Numbered from the stretch's first letter, positions 9,630-20,000 are shown. The stretch: DNA of 20,000 nucleotides from Seison nebaliae (GCA_023231475.1 JALJEE010001458.1:52775-72774); one strand, 5' to 3'. Numbers and translations: made by a program. Notes: generated from the sequence alone by a model not told the origin.

Positions 9630-12600
9630 ATGGATGATAAAAATGGAGAAGTGAAATTATCAGAAGCTATTAACAATGTCGATATCTTGTACGAGATGGA
9701 TATACCTGATGAACAGGCATCTCTCAATGTTCAACATACGACAACTATTTTAGATTATGATGTGCAATGGAATACCAATTTTAATGATATTTCATCCTTC
9801 GCTTCAGGACCAGCCCGTTACAAGGAGGAGGCAACGAGACATTGTCAATTGAATTGGTGGTTGAATGATGCCAATAAATATTTCTCTCTTCTCTACACTT
9901 GGAGATGTGTGTCACGTGCCATCCCTCCAATCAAGTCCAATGACGATAAGAAAGATGCTGTTAATTCGGCCACTATAACCGTTCTCGAACCATATATTAG
10001 TGAATTGTTAGAATTGAAAGAATTTGTAAGTAAGACCGTGAAATTGTTGATCCAAGAAGTGATTTGTTTCCGAAAAAATGAATTCATTTCAGATAATTAT
10101 ATTCGACTACTCACCAGATCGATGTATGTCTTGTTGTTGTTGGACGAATTGAAAAACATGAAGAGTTCAATGAAGAATGATGTCTCCTTTTACAATAGAG
10201 CCCTTCGTTCTACACTCCTCCAACACTCCAATCGAGATAAGAATTCTCCAAAATTTTCGGAAGGAGAAGTGAATCAATTGAGTTTGTTTCTTGCAAGTCG
10301 AGATCGAATTCGAACTGAATTTTTTGAACAATTAAAACAAATCTCACAATATGAAGAAATTCTGTTAGAGATTATTCAGTTGAACGTGAAAAATTTGGAG
10401 AGGAGGAATTATTTATTTTCGTTGGAAAGACATATGATCATTTTAAGTCTCTCCTTCTCACTCTCATTATTATTATTGAGTGATTCACCTAAATATTCCA
10501 TGAATAAGTTGGATTCGAAGAAAAGATTATCAATCAATAAACTCGATAAATTATTTCATCAAATACAAATCATTCCATTATATGGAGATATGCAATTCTC
10601 TCCTTTTCTTTATTTGTTGAATTTGAGAGAAAGTTCATTTGATTGTAGTCGATTTACACTGTGTCAATCGATTCAATCGATGGAACAAAACGGTTCACTT
10701 TGTTCGTTATCACTCGCGAATGGAATTACTGTAACCACATCATCTCTGGCACACAATGGCGAAGTATCATCGTCATCGTTAGCTGCATATTCAACATTAC
10801 CACCACAAAGTACTATATTGGACAAGATATCTTCCTTGAGAACAGATTATCAATGTCTTGTAAATACCATATCGTTATTAGCTAGTGAATATCAGACAAA
10901 GAATTTTGTATATTCTCATTTTATTTCAATGAATTGTTTGGTAACTGAGCGAAATAATTTATCGAGATTCCTTGCCAATTTTAGTTTAAATCAAAAATTA
11001 ACTCAGATTGTTCTCGATTCCCTTCGATTCATGACAACAACGACGACCATAGTTCATGAATTCTATTCATGGAGATTAGCACATCCGACCAGTAATCGTG
11101 AAAACAATAAATGTTCGAAAGACGCTGATGAATATGAGAGAGTGACTCGATACAATTATACATCTCCTGAAAAAGATGCCATCAATCAATGTATTGTTAT
11201 GGTGAAATCTATCCAATCGTTATTGAATCGATTCGAATATTTATTTCTTCCTAATATTCGTCGTTATATTTATGTCCGTCTTCAATCATTCCTTTTCTAC
11301 ATAATTAGTCGTCATAAATCTTCATCAGTCAATTGTACTGATGTTTCCTCATTCTCTTCAGCTATCAACATCACCAATTCAACATTGAATAGTAAATCAT
11401 CCACTTTTCAACAACTGATGTATTCAAGTACATCTTATGGACATAATAAGAAATCTGGATCAATAACCAGATCGATGTTACAATCAATAATCGATATTTC
11501 AGCTGATGCAAATTTGTTAACAGATGGTCGGCGTAATCGGATCGATTGGACTGACAAGACACATCCATTGTCGATAATTAATCAACTCTCAATCTCTAAT
11601 GCTCATTCCAATAATTCAATTGGAGTTAACTTAAATAATACTCAACCAATCACTTCTTCTAATACCAATACATCGATTAATCATTCATATTCTTCTATTC
11701 ACAATTCCTTCCACACTTCTTCTTCAAGTTCTAATGGAAGTGGTGGAATTGATGGGAAATTGATTGATGCACCACGAGCCATTCTTCCTGCACAACAAGA
11801 GATCTCACCATCCTCCACTCAACTTCATATGATTGAATTGATGATGAAGTTGTTATTACAGGAATGTCAGAAGAAAAATAACAGGAAAGAGTTCGATTCA
11901 CCAATGGTGGAAAAGTTGGAACAATTTCATCAAGAAATTAAATTTTGGAATTATCTTCTCAATTATCATTCATCTGTAAAGAATTCATCCGATTTCTCAT
12001 TTTTATGGTTCCGTGAATTTTTTTTGGAAATGACGATGGGAAAGAAAGTTCAATTCCCAATCGAAACGTCAATGCCTTGGTTGTTGGTGGACTATTGTCT
12101 CACTCACGCAAATCGCGTTGAGAAAAGTTATACATTATTGACCGCTTCCTTCCTCGAACACATCCTCTACATCTTCGACATTTATAACGATATTGCTTAT
12201 GCTGCTCTTGTTTATCCATATCGGTCACAATTTCTTTACGATGAGATCGAAGCTGAAGCGAATGTGGCATTCACTCGATTAATGTTCAGCATTTCTTCCA
12301 TTATCTTCCGAGAAGAGAAACGACGAACGTCAAACGTTTATATTTCCAGCACGTTGAGACGTGAATTGGAACGTTTGGGTATTTATTTTCCGTCTGACGG
12401 ATTAATTCTTGCCGAAAATGCAATGATGCCTTCACTCTTGACTCTTCTTATCAATCAACGACATGTGGAAATTTTAGGAAGATGTGTTAATCTTCATTAT
12501 GTTATCGCATCGAATGTCGACGATCTATTCCGTCGTTCAATCAAATACCAAATTGACAAGTTTTGTAATGGAACTATTTCCGATGTAATTGAATTGGAAA

Positions 12601-14186
12601 TGTCATTGGATATTTATCGACATTCACATGAGAAACTCTCCTACCATCTCACTACCTTAACATCATTCGACGAGTTATTGAACGAGGTTAATAGAACCGT
12701 TTCTCGACCTTATGGAAGAATCGCCTCCCAACTCATTTGGTTCATTCACTACGAATTTCCTTGTCGTTATTCTTTTCGTTCAGTCGATGATCGATTTGTT
12801 CGTGTAATACCTCCCAATAGTGTCCTCCCAAATACAAAGAAATCGCAAAGAATTGACGAGCAATTATCATCGTTCGGTTCCAAGTCACTCAATGTCACAC
12901 TAAAACGATTATTTGAAAGATATGAAAATTATTTAGATGGATCTCATTTCCGTTCGATGATTCGTCTCCTGAAATATGAAGGCTTGAGTCTTCTCATTAA
13001 TGAATTGATTATCATTATAACGAATTTGTTGAAGAATGACATCGTGCAACATCTCATTCTCTTACGTCCATTAATGCCACCACATTTCCATCTTCCACTT
13101 ACCGAGAATTATAACAACGAAGGAATTCTCATTTATTATCTTACAAATCTCTCGAAAGTGATCGAATGTCGAACATTACGTTCCGATATTCTTGATACGA
13201 TGAGACAATTTGGAAATTGTATAATTTTCTGTTTGTTCCTCGAAGATAATTTGGTTATCGAAGAAATATTCGATATGCAACAAGGTGCCTCATTCGTTAA
13301 TAAACAGCCAAAAATCATCGGTTCCGGATTGGAAGACGAAGAAACATTAAGAAAAGAAATGGATAAATTAACGGAACACTTCAATTATCGAACAATTGTG
13401 GATAATATTGGCAATGAAATTCAAAGTGAATTAGCCTATGACATCGAACTCTTAACACAGGAACGTCTTTCTTCAGGATTATCATTATTCGATCACATTT
13501 TACAAATAGTGGCAGAAATCCTGAAAAATGATGAAAATTTTCAATCCTTCAAAACTGATCAAATTTCAGGATTGTTGAACATCTCTAATTGTTTCGAATT
13601 TCATCGAATTTGGAGTGCAATTCTTTTCTCTATTGTCATTACGATGAATGTGGACAATGAAGACAAAAAAGCGACGATCGAAAGAATTTATGGTGACGGA
13701 TTATTTTGGTGTGGATGTGTTCTTATACATTTGATGGATCAGCAACGACGATTTAATTTATTAGACTTCTCTTATCATTTACTTCAATTACCAGTTTCCA
13801 ATTCAAATAAACGTTCCGCTTCGTCAACTCTCTCTTCATCAGCTGTATCATCATCTGGTTTGAGTGGAGGAAATAATGAATCGAATTCTGATAATGATTC
13901 ATTGAATTTAAGAGAATTATTATTAAAATGTTGTGGAAATATGAACAAATCAGTAATCGTTCCATCGTCTTTCGATAACTTGAGGAAACGAATAGAATAT
14001 ATCAAATATATTAATCAACAATCATTCCATGCACTTAATCGACATACAAATAATTTCCCTTATCAATTTCCCTTTCATTTCCCAATTAATTCCAATAATG
14101 AACACGTGAAAGAAATCGAACCGCCAACACATGCGAGTAAACAAAATGTTTTCGCAGAATTATTCGGTGTTAATCTCACCTATTAA
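9630..14186 (+). CDS. CYFIP: Cytoplasmic FMR1-interacting protein (CYFIP/Sra-1/PIR121), WAVE regulatory complex subunit
   Basis: Hallmark motifs are present: LYTWRCVSRAIP, LDELKNMKSSMKND, PLYGDMQ, EYERVTRYNY, PSSTQL, LWFREFFLEMTMGKKVQFPIETSMPWLL, QFLYDEIEAEAN, EFHRIWSA, GDGLFW and QQRRFNLLDFSYHLL. Homology begins at MDD..EVKLSEAINNVD (ATG 9630). An in-frame upstream ATG exists at 9528. Confidence 0.97.
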   Translation: MDDKNGEVKLSEAINNVDILYEMDIPDEQASLNVQHTTTILDYDVQWNTNFNDISSFASGPARYKEEATRHCQLNWWLNDANKYFSLLYTWRCVSRAIPPIKSNDDKKDAVNSATITVLEPYISELLELKEFVSKTVKLLIQEVICFRKNEFISDNYIRLLTRSMYVLLLLDELKNMKSSMKNDVSFYNRALRSTLLQHSNRDKNSPKFSEGEVNQLSLFLASRDRIRTEFFEQLKQISQYEEILLEIIQLNVKNLERRNYLFSLERHMIILSLSFSLSLLLLSDSPKYSMNKLDSKKRLSINKLDKLFHQIQIIPLYGDMQFSPFLYLLNLRESSFDCSRFTLCQSIQSMEQNGSLCSLSLANGITVTTSSLAHNGEVSSSSLAAYSTLPPQSTILDKISSLRTDYQCLVNTISLLASEYQTKNFVYSHFISMNCLVTERNNLSRFLANFSLNQKLTQIVLDSLRFMTTTTTIVHEFYSWRLAHPTSNRENNKCSKDADEYERVTRYNYTSPEKDAINQCIVMVKSIQSLLNRFEYLFLPNIRRYIYVRLQSFLFYIISRHKSSSVNCTDVSSFSSAINITNSTLNSKSSTFQQLMYSSTSYGHNKKSGSITRSMLQSIIDISADANLLTDGRRNRIDWTDKTHPLSIINQLSISNAHSNNSIGVNLNNTQPITSSNTNTSINHSYSSIHNSFHTSSSSSNGSGGIDGKLIDAPRAILPAQQEISPSSTQLHMIELMMKLLLQECQKKNNRKEFDSPMVEKLEQFHQEIKFWNYLLNYHSSVKNSSDFSFLWFREFFLEMTMGKKVQFPIETSMPWLLVDYCLTHANRVEKSYTLLTASFLEHILYIFDIYNDIAYAALVYPYRSQFLYDEIEAEANVAFTRLMFSISSIIFREEKRRTSNVYISSTLRRELERLGIYFPSDGLILAENAMMPSLLTLLINQRHVEILGRCVNLHYVIASNVDDLFRRSIKYQIDKFCNGTISDVIELEMSLDIYRHSHEKLSYHLTTLTSFDELLNEVNRTVSRPYGRIASQLIWFIHYEFPCRYSFRSVDDRFVRVIPPNSVLPNTKKSQRIDEQLSSFGSKSLNVTLKRLFERYENYLDGSHFRSMIRLLKYEGLSLLINELIIIITNLLKNDIVQHLILLRPLMPPHFHLPLTENYNNEGILIYYLTNLSKVIECRTLRSDILDTMRQFGNCIIFCLFLEDNLVIEEIFDMQQGASFVNKQPKIIGSGLEDEETLRKEMDKLTEHFNYRTIVDNIGNEIQSELAYDIELLTQERLSSGLSLFDHILQIVAEILKNDENFQSFKTDQISGLLNISNCFEFHRIWSAILFSIVITMNVDNEDKKATIERIYGDGLFWCGCVLIHLMDQQRRFNLLDFSYHLLQLPVSNSNKRSASSTLSSSAVSSSGLSGGNNESNSDNDSLNLRELLLKCCGNMNKSVIVPSSFDNLRKRIEYIKYINQQSFHALNRHTNNFPYQFPFHFPINSNNEHVKEIEPPTHASKQNVFAELFGVNLTY

Positions 14187-14329
14187 TCACCTTATTTTCC
14201 AATAATTATTTAGATTTAATTATTTTATTAACTCTTTTTTCTATCCTTCAATTTTTATTCCATTTCTTATTTTTCTTTTAGATTTATCTTTTCCTTCTTT
14301 ATTTATAGAAACGTCTCATTTAATTAATT

Positions 14330-14705
14330 ATGACTAAAAAAAAGTCGAAAGAAAAAGAAAAGTTGAAATTTGAAAAACTTTTAAGATTCGAACAAAGTTT
14401 TATCATTTCATTTTTTCCATTAATCCAATTTCCTTCATCTGATAGATGACAAAAATAAAAAAAAAAAGAAGAAAAATCGACTTGTTAATTTTGAACCGAT
14501 GACTTCAGCTCTCTTGGAAATCGTTGAGAAAGATAAAAAAGTAATGAAACAAAGAGGAATTCTAAAACGAAAACTAGAAACAAAGAAAAGGATAATCGCC
14601 TTAACTGAAGCCGAAAGAATTCAGAGTGACCTAAAAAAAAGCAATTTAACTCCTGATCAAACTTTCAGTTACATTAAAAAAAAATTGTTCAATTTAATCA
14701 ACTGA
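14330..14705 (+). CDS. Small Lys-rich protein, SLX9/FAM207A-like ribosome biogenesis factor, 108 aa. Exons 14330-14396, 14446-14705.
   Basis: A phase-1 GTT..TAG intron at 14397-14445 joins ATG 14330 in frame to the 14499 ORF. The segment KKKKNRLVNFEPMTSALLEI...KRIIALTEAERIQSDL...TFSYIKKKLFN resembles the SLX9 pattern (GDLxPLxDALP...EExxRFQxxL...PxxAI). AATAAA lies near 14751. Confidence 0.55.
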
Positions 14706-15066
14706 GAAACCATCTGTTTCTTTTTCATTTCTTTCATTTTCCGTTCTTAAAATAAATTAAATTTACCACAAAATAAACTTAATCGATTTAATCGAACTTA
14801 TAAGTTATTAGAAGAACTTCAATATCCGAATCACGAAGTGACTTCATCGATTCGCTTCTGATGTTCAAATGCGTTAAAGTTTCTGCTCTATTTCATATCA
14901 CGCGTGAGATTCGAATGCACATTTCGATCAAACAATATTTCATTCAAGCGTAACAAACTCAAGTTTAACATATAAATGAAATCAATCATATATCGCTCGA
15001 AGCAAATCGACTTTAAAATTTAGAAATCTCTTATCAAAAAAATTTGTCTTCCTCAAAAATATCAAC

Positions 15067-15376
15067 ATGAATTTCAACGTTTACTTTGTTGATCATTCAT
15101 CTCTAAATTAATTCTATTATAATATTAAGGATTCGAACAATTTTTTTTGGAATCAATCTACTCCATCTCAAGAAGTTCTCGCTTCTCCCTCGTTGGATAA
15201 TCAAATCAAGAAGTTTCTTTATCTCATCAATTGAAATATAAATAAGATTAATTTCATGTAATTTTTAAAGGAAAGAACGAAAGCAACAATTGGGAATAAT
15301 AATTGGCAGTATTCTTGGTATATTGTTAACAGCTGGAATCATTGCACTAATTGTTTTCCCTATTGCAAATGATTAA
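15067..15376 (+). CDS. Unannotated 66-aa single-pass membrane microprotein. Exons 15067-15078, 15130-15212, 15271-15376.
   Basis: Two GTT..AG introns (15079-15129 and 15213-15270) give MNFNDSNNFFWNQSTPSQEVLASPSLDNQIKKKERKQQLGIIIGSILGILLTAGIIALIVFPIAND*. A basic cluster precedes a hydrophobic helix of about 24 residues. Confidence 0.6.
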
Positions 15377-15610
15377 TTGTTTGATAAACTGTTTCTGTCC
15401 ATCGAACACAATTGATAATAATGTAAGAATTTATTATTTTTATTGAAGATACTCAATTAATTTCTCTGATCTTCCTCATAGACGTCAATGACATATATTT
15501 GTAAAATCACAAACAACATTTGATTGCGTAACATTTCATTTAATTTCATTTAATTTTTTTCTATAATAAATATTTGTTGTCGTTTATTCATTCATATCCA
15601 TGGTGACAAT

Positions 15611-15973
15611 ATGACAGAAAACTTCTTGAAGGAAAAAATTGCACAACGTCGTGTTATAGTGTTTGGACGAGAAAAGGAACCAGCTTCCGATTTTGTTTGG
15701 GAGAAGATAAGTGAGAGAATGAAGAATTTTGATCTTCATGACTACGAACGACTTGATATCGATCGGAGACACGATGCATTATTAGTTGAAAATTTCTTTT
15801 TTTATTCATTACTTTTGGATAGAAGACAAGTTCTGATTTATTCTTTAAGAAAATATAATTGTTTTATTTCTCTAAATCAATATAAATAGACGCCATACAT
15901 TTTTGTAGATGGAAAGTATTTTGGTGGTTTCCATGAAATTCGTCATAACAAAAAATGGCCGATCAACTCATGA
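15611..15973 (+). CDS. Glutaredoxin-fold protein lacking cysteines, 100 aa. Exons 15611-15829, 15890-15973.
   Basis: The N-terminus FLKEKIAQRRVIVFG, the YERLDID segment and, after intron 15830-15889, RQTPYIFVDGKYFGG match the Grx VVVFSK, YEVVDID and RTVPxVFIxGKxIGG motifs. Confidence 0.82.
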
Positions 15974-16004
15974 ATTATTATCTTTTTTCTCACCTTCCAT
16001 TACT

Positions 16005-19000
16005 TTACAATTCGACGCAATGGACGTAATTTTTGAATGTATGTCGTAACTGGCGATTTCTTGATACGTCAAATTGATTTCCTACCAAATTTAAATAAAG
16101 TATGTTTCTTACTGGAGTTCGACTACGATCTACCAAAGACGGTGTAGCATTATGAATATCATTTGGCGGTTGATACGTTTTTCCACTAATAAACTTCACA
16201 CAATCAAGAAGATGAATAATTCCCACATATGTTAAATTAGTACAACAGAGATTTAGGTATTGAAGCTGAAGGTAGCTTTGAAGATTTCTTTCGTAATTTG
16301 TATCATATGAATCTTTTAAGACTTCCGCTAATTTTATAGTAATCGTATCGTCCAGTTCCATGTTATTCGCCAGACTTAAAGATATGAGATTTGAGGCTGA
16401 TTTGCGTAACGTTGGGAAGAAGACATCCCAAAATTCAGTATAACGGGAACTAAGACGACATCTTTCTAACCATAAAGTTTTTAATGTATTTCCTCTCAAC
16501 AGTTTCTCCACTACTATATTCTTTAAATCGCTTGGATGAATAAATATTCCTTTCAATTTTAAATGAGTCAGCATTCTATCCAAAATTTCGGAGAACGATT
16601 ATGACGAATTTAAGAGAAGATTAATAACTGGCAAGAATTATGTATAGCTTCCAAGGGAGATGCTAAATATTCACGTCTTTGTGCTGTTGCTAAAATGCAA
16701 CGGAGATTGATTGATGTGACTCGTGGAAAGTATGGACAGAGTTTTTGAAAGAAATTTAATTCATGAAGTTCAAACATCTTCTGTATCCAGGTAAATGTTC
16801 TTATCGTATCTATAGTTCGAATACGACTAGAACTCTCAGTCATTTGTGATTCGTTATCAGCTGTAAAAGAATAGAATTATATTTAATTTCATGATTATTA
16901 AAAAAAAACAATATGATAAAGAATTAAAAGTTCTACGTTTGACATGATTGGATTGAGTGTCGCGTAATGGAATTCCACTTGAGAAAAAATTTCTCGGATA
17001 AAACGGTTGACTGATGGTACCCTGAATGCCAGGTGCATGTATTCCTATAAGATCCATATGGATAGTCTCTAAAATAATTGGTAAATTAGACTTTAAGGAA
17101 AACGTGCCAATTCTTTTCGCTGGATCTATTGTGTGTGGTAGAAATATTTCGCGTAGGAAACCAACAGGACCGCCTGCAACTCTCATACCCAAAAGATGTA
17201 ATTGTTTCAACTTTCCAGAGTAAATGAGATGATTCAATATGGTTTTTTCAATTTCTCTGGAGTACGGACGAATATTGGATAATTTGAGATTTCTTAAATT
17301 GGGCATACCTCTCAATGTCACACAGAGCATAGCAGCACTAATTGCTTTCTGAATATAATAAATTTCTAGTGTGTGAATTGTGGAACAATTAAATCGGTTG
17401 GCTGGTAAGTAATATTGGGCAAACGATGATTCGTGTTTCAACAGTTCTTCTTGACTTTGACTTAATCTTTCTGGGTTCTTGTACACGGCATATTTAAATT
17501 CTCCATTACTTACACAAACTTCATCTTCAACTCCTCTAAATTTTCCAAATATTTTATTCTCTAATTCACTCTCAGTTGCAGTCGATGATACTGATGGTTC
17601 TGATTGCACTCCTGTTTCATAAGCTGAAGAAAAAGAAACTTAAAATTGTGTTATATTTGAATGAAACCAGTATGAATATCTAAAGGAATAATATCGTTGT
17701 CCCATTTCAATTGTCGTACCATCGTATCCGATACATATCCGGGTCGTAATATTTTCTTATTTTTTCTTCGAACATCTATGAGAAACGAAAAATATATATG
17801 AAAAGAAATATAATTTTCACTTAGCAGAGGCAGAACACGTTCCAATAAATTCTTTGATGGGAATTTGATAACAAGTTTCTCCAATTGGCCTTCTAACAAG
17901 ATTCGATCGATAAAATGTTGTGCATTAGGAAAGGAATCGGTAGGAAATCCACATAGGGTAATCTCCCTGATCTGTAGAAGACATCTACCTAAATCGAAGA
18001 CTCGTATGAAATAACTAATAAACCTGAGAAACGAACGTTTCTTGCAATTCTGCATCGTGCTCAATTTCCTTCCACATTGACTGAAGAATTGTTAATCGTT
18101 CAATATATTTGTTCCATTTTGAACTCCATTCTCGTTTCTTCGGACTTAAGTGACTGTCCGAAGCACGTAGACGATAAAGAATCTGTTCTCGATCTACACG
18201 ATACAAATTTATTTTATCGATACTTAATTCCATTGCATTGGACCAACGACTATCAACTTTCGCCACAATATCCAATCGAAGAACTCGCGATTCCGTAAAC
18301 AGATGTTCGAATAGTTTCTTCTTGTAACAAGAATAATCTATGTTTCTATCAGATATTAGACATAGATCTTTATGACTAGTATCACCTAAACCGTCGAATT
18401 CATTATGGGAACAACATATTTCGGATAATCCACTATATGTTTCAGAAGATGGAATGGAAGACCATAAGGTATCATAAAACCTCTTCCAAATTGGACCACT
18501 ATCAATTCCAAGTTGTTGGAGATAGTGTTCCGTCAATTCCAGCGTCGGAATATTAATAAGGGCCATGATATCCTTTAATAAAAATTTTGATAGAATCATC
18601 GTGCCAGCAGGTTTCTTCCCATATCTTATAAACAATTGTTTCAACATAATTTCTAATTGATCATTGTGTTCGTTGATGTATTGCAAACAAAGTACATACA
18701 GATTAGTTTTATGTTGTCCTCTTCTCCATTCGACAGATAAGGGATCAGATGATAGACTAGTTTCAGGAGCATTTAATGCCCGTAGAGATATATCAGTTGC
18801 CAAATTATTTGGAGCGTTGTCTAAAGTAGTGCTATAAGGTAATAATCGAACATAACCATTCCTGTTAATTATTTCTCGTTGAGTATTATCTGTTTCGTGC
18901 AAGAATGGTAGGGAAACACGACGAATTCTCACTGGAAATGCGAGTACACTTTCATATCGTTCATTAGATCGAGATTCTTGAAAAAGATTGTTGGAAAACA

Positions 19001-19052
19001 ATCGATTAGGTAAAGTGGGCAAAGAATGAAAAGGTCCAGTATTATTATCCAT
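16005..19052 (-). CDS. LRRC41: LRRC41/MUF1-like BC-box and leucine-rich repeat protein, about 934 aa. Exons 19052-18024, 17971-17821, 17775-17668, 17623-16910, 16860-16629, 16575-16005.
   Basis: TNLYVLCLQYI (BC-box-like) followed by LLKDIMALINIPTLELTEHYLQQLGIDSGPIWKRFYDTL matches the LRRC41 N-terminus. STIHTLEI...LCVTLRGMPNLRNLKLS and the RI-type LRRs (LKTLWLERCRL, LISLSLANN, LQYLNLCCTNLT, YLNLVGNQF) fit. Five short introns join five track ORFs in frame. Confidence 0.78.
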
Positions 19053-20000
19053 GATCAGATGAACATATTGAGTAGAATGCGCAAAGTGATGGAGAATTGA
19101 AAATCAAATAAGGAGTAGACGGAAAGGCAAAAAATTCATTTGAAAATCACTTTAACAACAACTGTAATTTAGTTTAATTAGCCTGTCACTAACAATCGTT
19201 CAGTGTATGTTAACAATTCAATGAATAACTTTTCAAGAAATTTCATCAATTCTATCGATATTATCTAATTTGTATTGAATATATTTTATTTTTATTTTCC
19301 AATTTTCTCAACAGATGAACTATTTATATCAAAATTGAACAATATATTCATCAATTGTATTATTTCCACAGTGGATATCACCTCCCCACGACGACTTTTC
19401 AACATGATCCAATCGAATATTGCCGTATTATCCACAGGTCAATTCTCATTTATAGAGAAGTTTTTACTTAATATGTTAAACATGAAAACATTTCAAGTGT
19501 GCGGAGAAAATGAAGTTTCGTATAAATTTTTAATTTTTGATTCATAAATATTCAATTTTACGTCCTGTAACGTCATTCTTTGAATAAATTAACCTTATTC
19601 AATTCTTATTCCTGTTCGATCAAATGAAAAAATAGATTTCATTTAAATATACCCTGTTAAATTTGTACTAAAGTAAACTAACAAATATGCACGTTAAATA
19701 ATTATATACTAATATTTTCCGGTGGCAAACTATAGGAAAAAAATTAGTATATGGTGATTTATTAGAGACAAATAGAGTACATACCATAATATTTAACATT
19801 ATTAACTTACAATAGTTAAAATGGTTGTAACTCAACTGGTTTTTCAGAAACCAGCTTCACAATATATAGAATATAATACCAGATAATGTATTGCTTTATG
19901 CACATATTTTTTAGAATTTGAATAAACTAATAATAATAATAATTTTATTAAAACTATGACAAGAACTCCTCATTGCTTGGTTTCCCTTAAATAATCCTAT

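Noticed and set aside
19275..19547. 90-aa + strand ORF with an acceptor-like CAACAG at 19315
   Set aside because: It starts at a TTG, I found no partner exons, and it has no recognisable motifs. It may be an exon, but I cannot support that.
1..20000. Prokaryotic features (CRISPR, IS elements), tRNA/rRNA genes, alternative genetic code
   Set aside because: There are no repeat-spacer arrays, transposase ORFs or cloverleafs. The rRNA-like words are only 11-19-nt snoRNA guides. All genes translate with the standard code once introns are removed.

Overview
This is a very AT-rich, gene-dense eukaryotic (animal-type) window read with the standard code. Its introns are short (43-63 nt) and its intergenic spacers are tiny. 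Rebuilding the splicing by hand gives nine protein-coding genes: a 5'-truncated uncharacterised gene, INTS8 (-), MRPL2 (+), an NXPE-family protein (+), CYFIP/Sra-1 (+), an SLX9/FAM207A-like gene (+), a hidden 3-exon 66-aa membrane microprotein (+), a cysteine-free glutaredoxin-fold protein (+) and an LRRC41/MUF1-like protein (-). There are two main discoveries. (1) 15 of 16 inferred coding introns start with GTT and lack the GTRAGT consensus, which suggests a divergent mode of 5' splice-site recognition. (2) The apparently empty MRPL2-NXPE spacer holds minus-strand box C/D snoRNAs, probably in a non-coding host transcript: a clear U24/SNORD24 homologue and a second guide aimed at the 28S peptidyl-transferase region. 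All gene identities and rRNA matches come from motif recall, not database searches.
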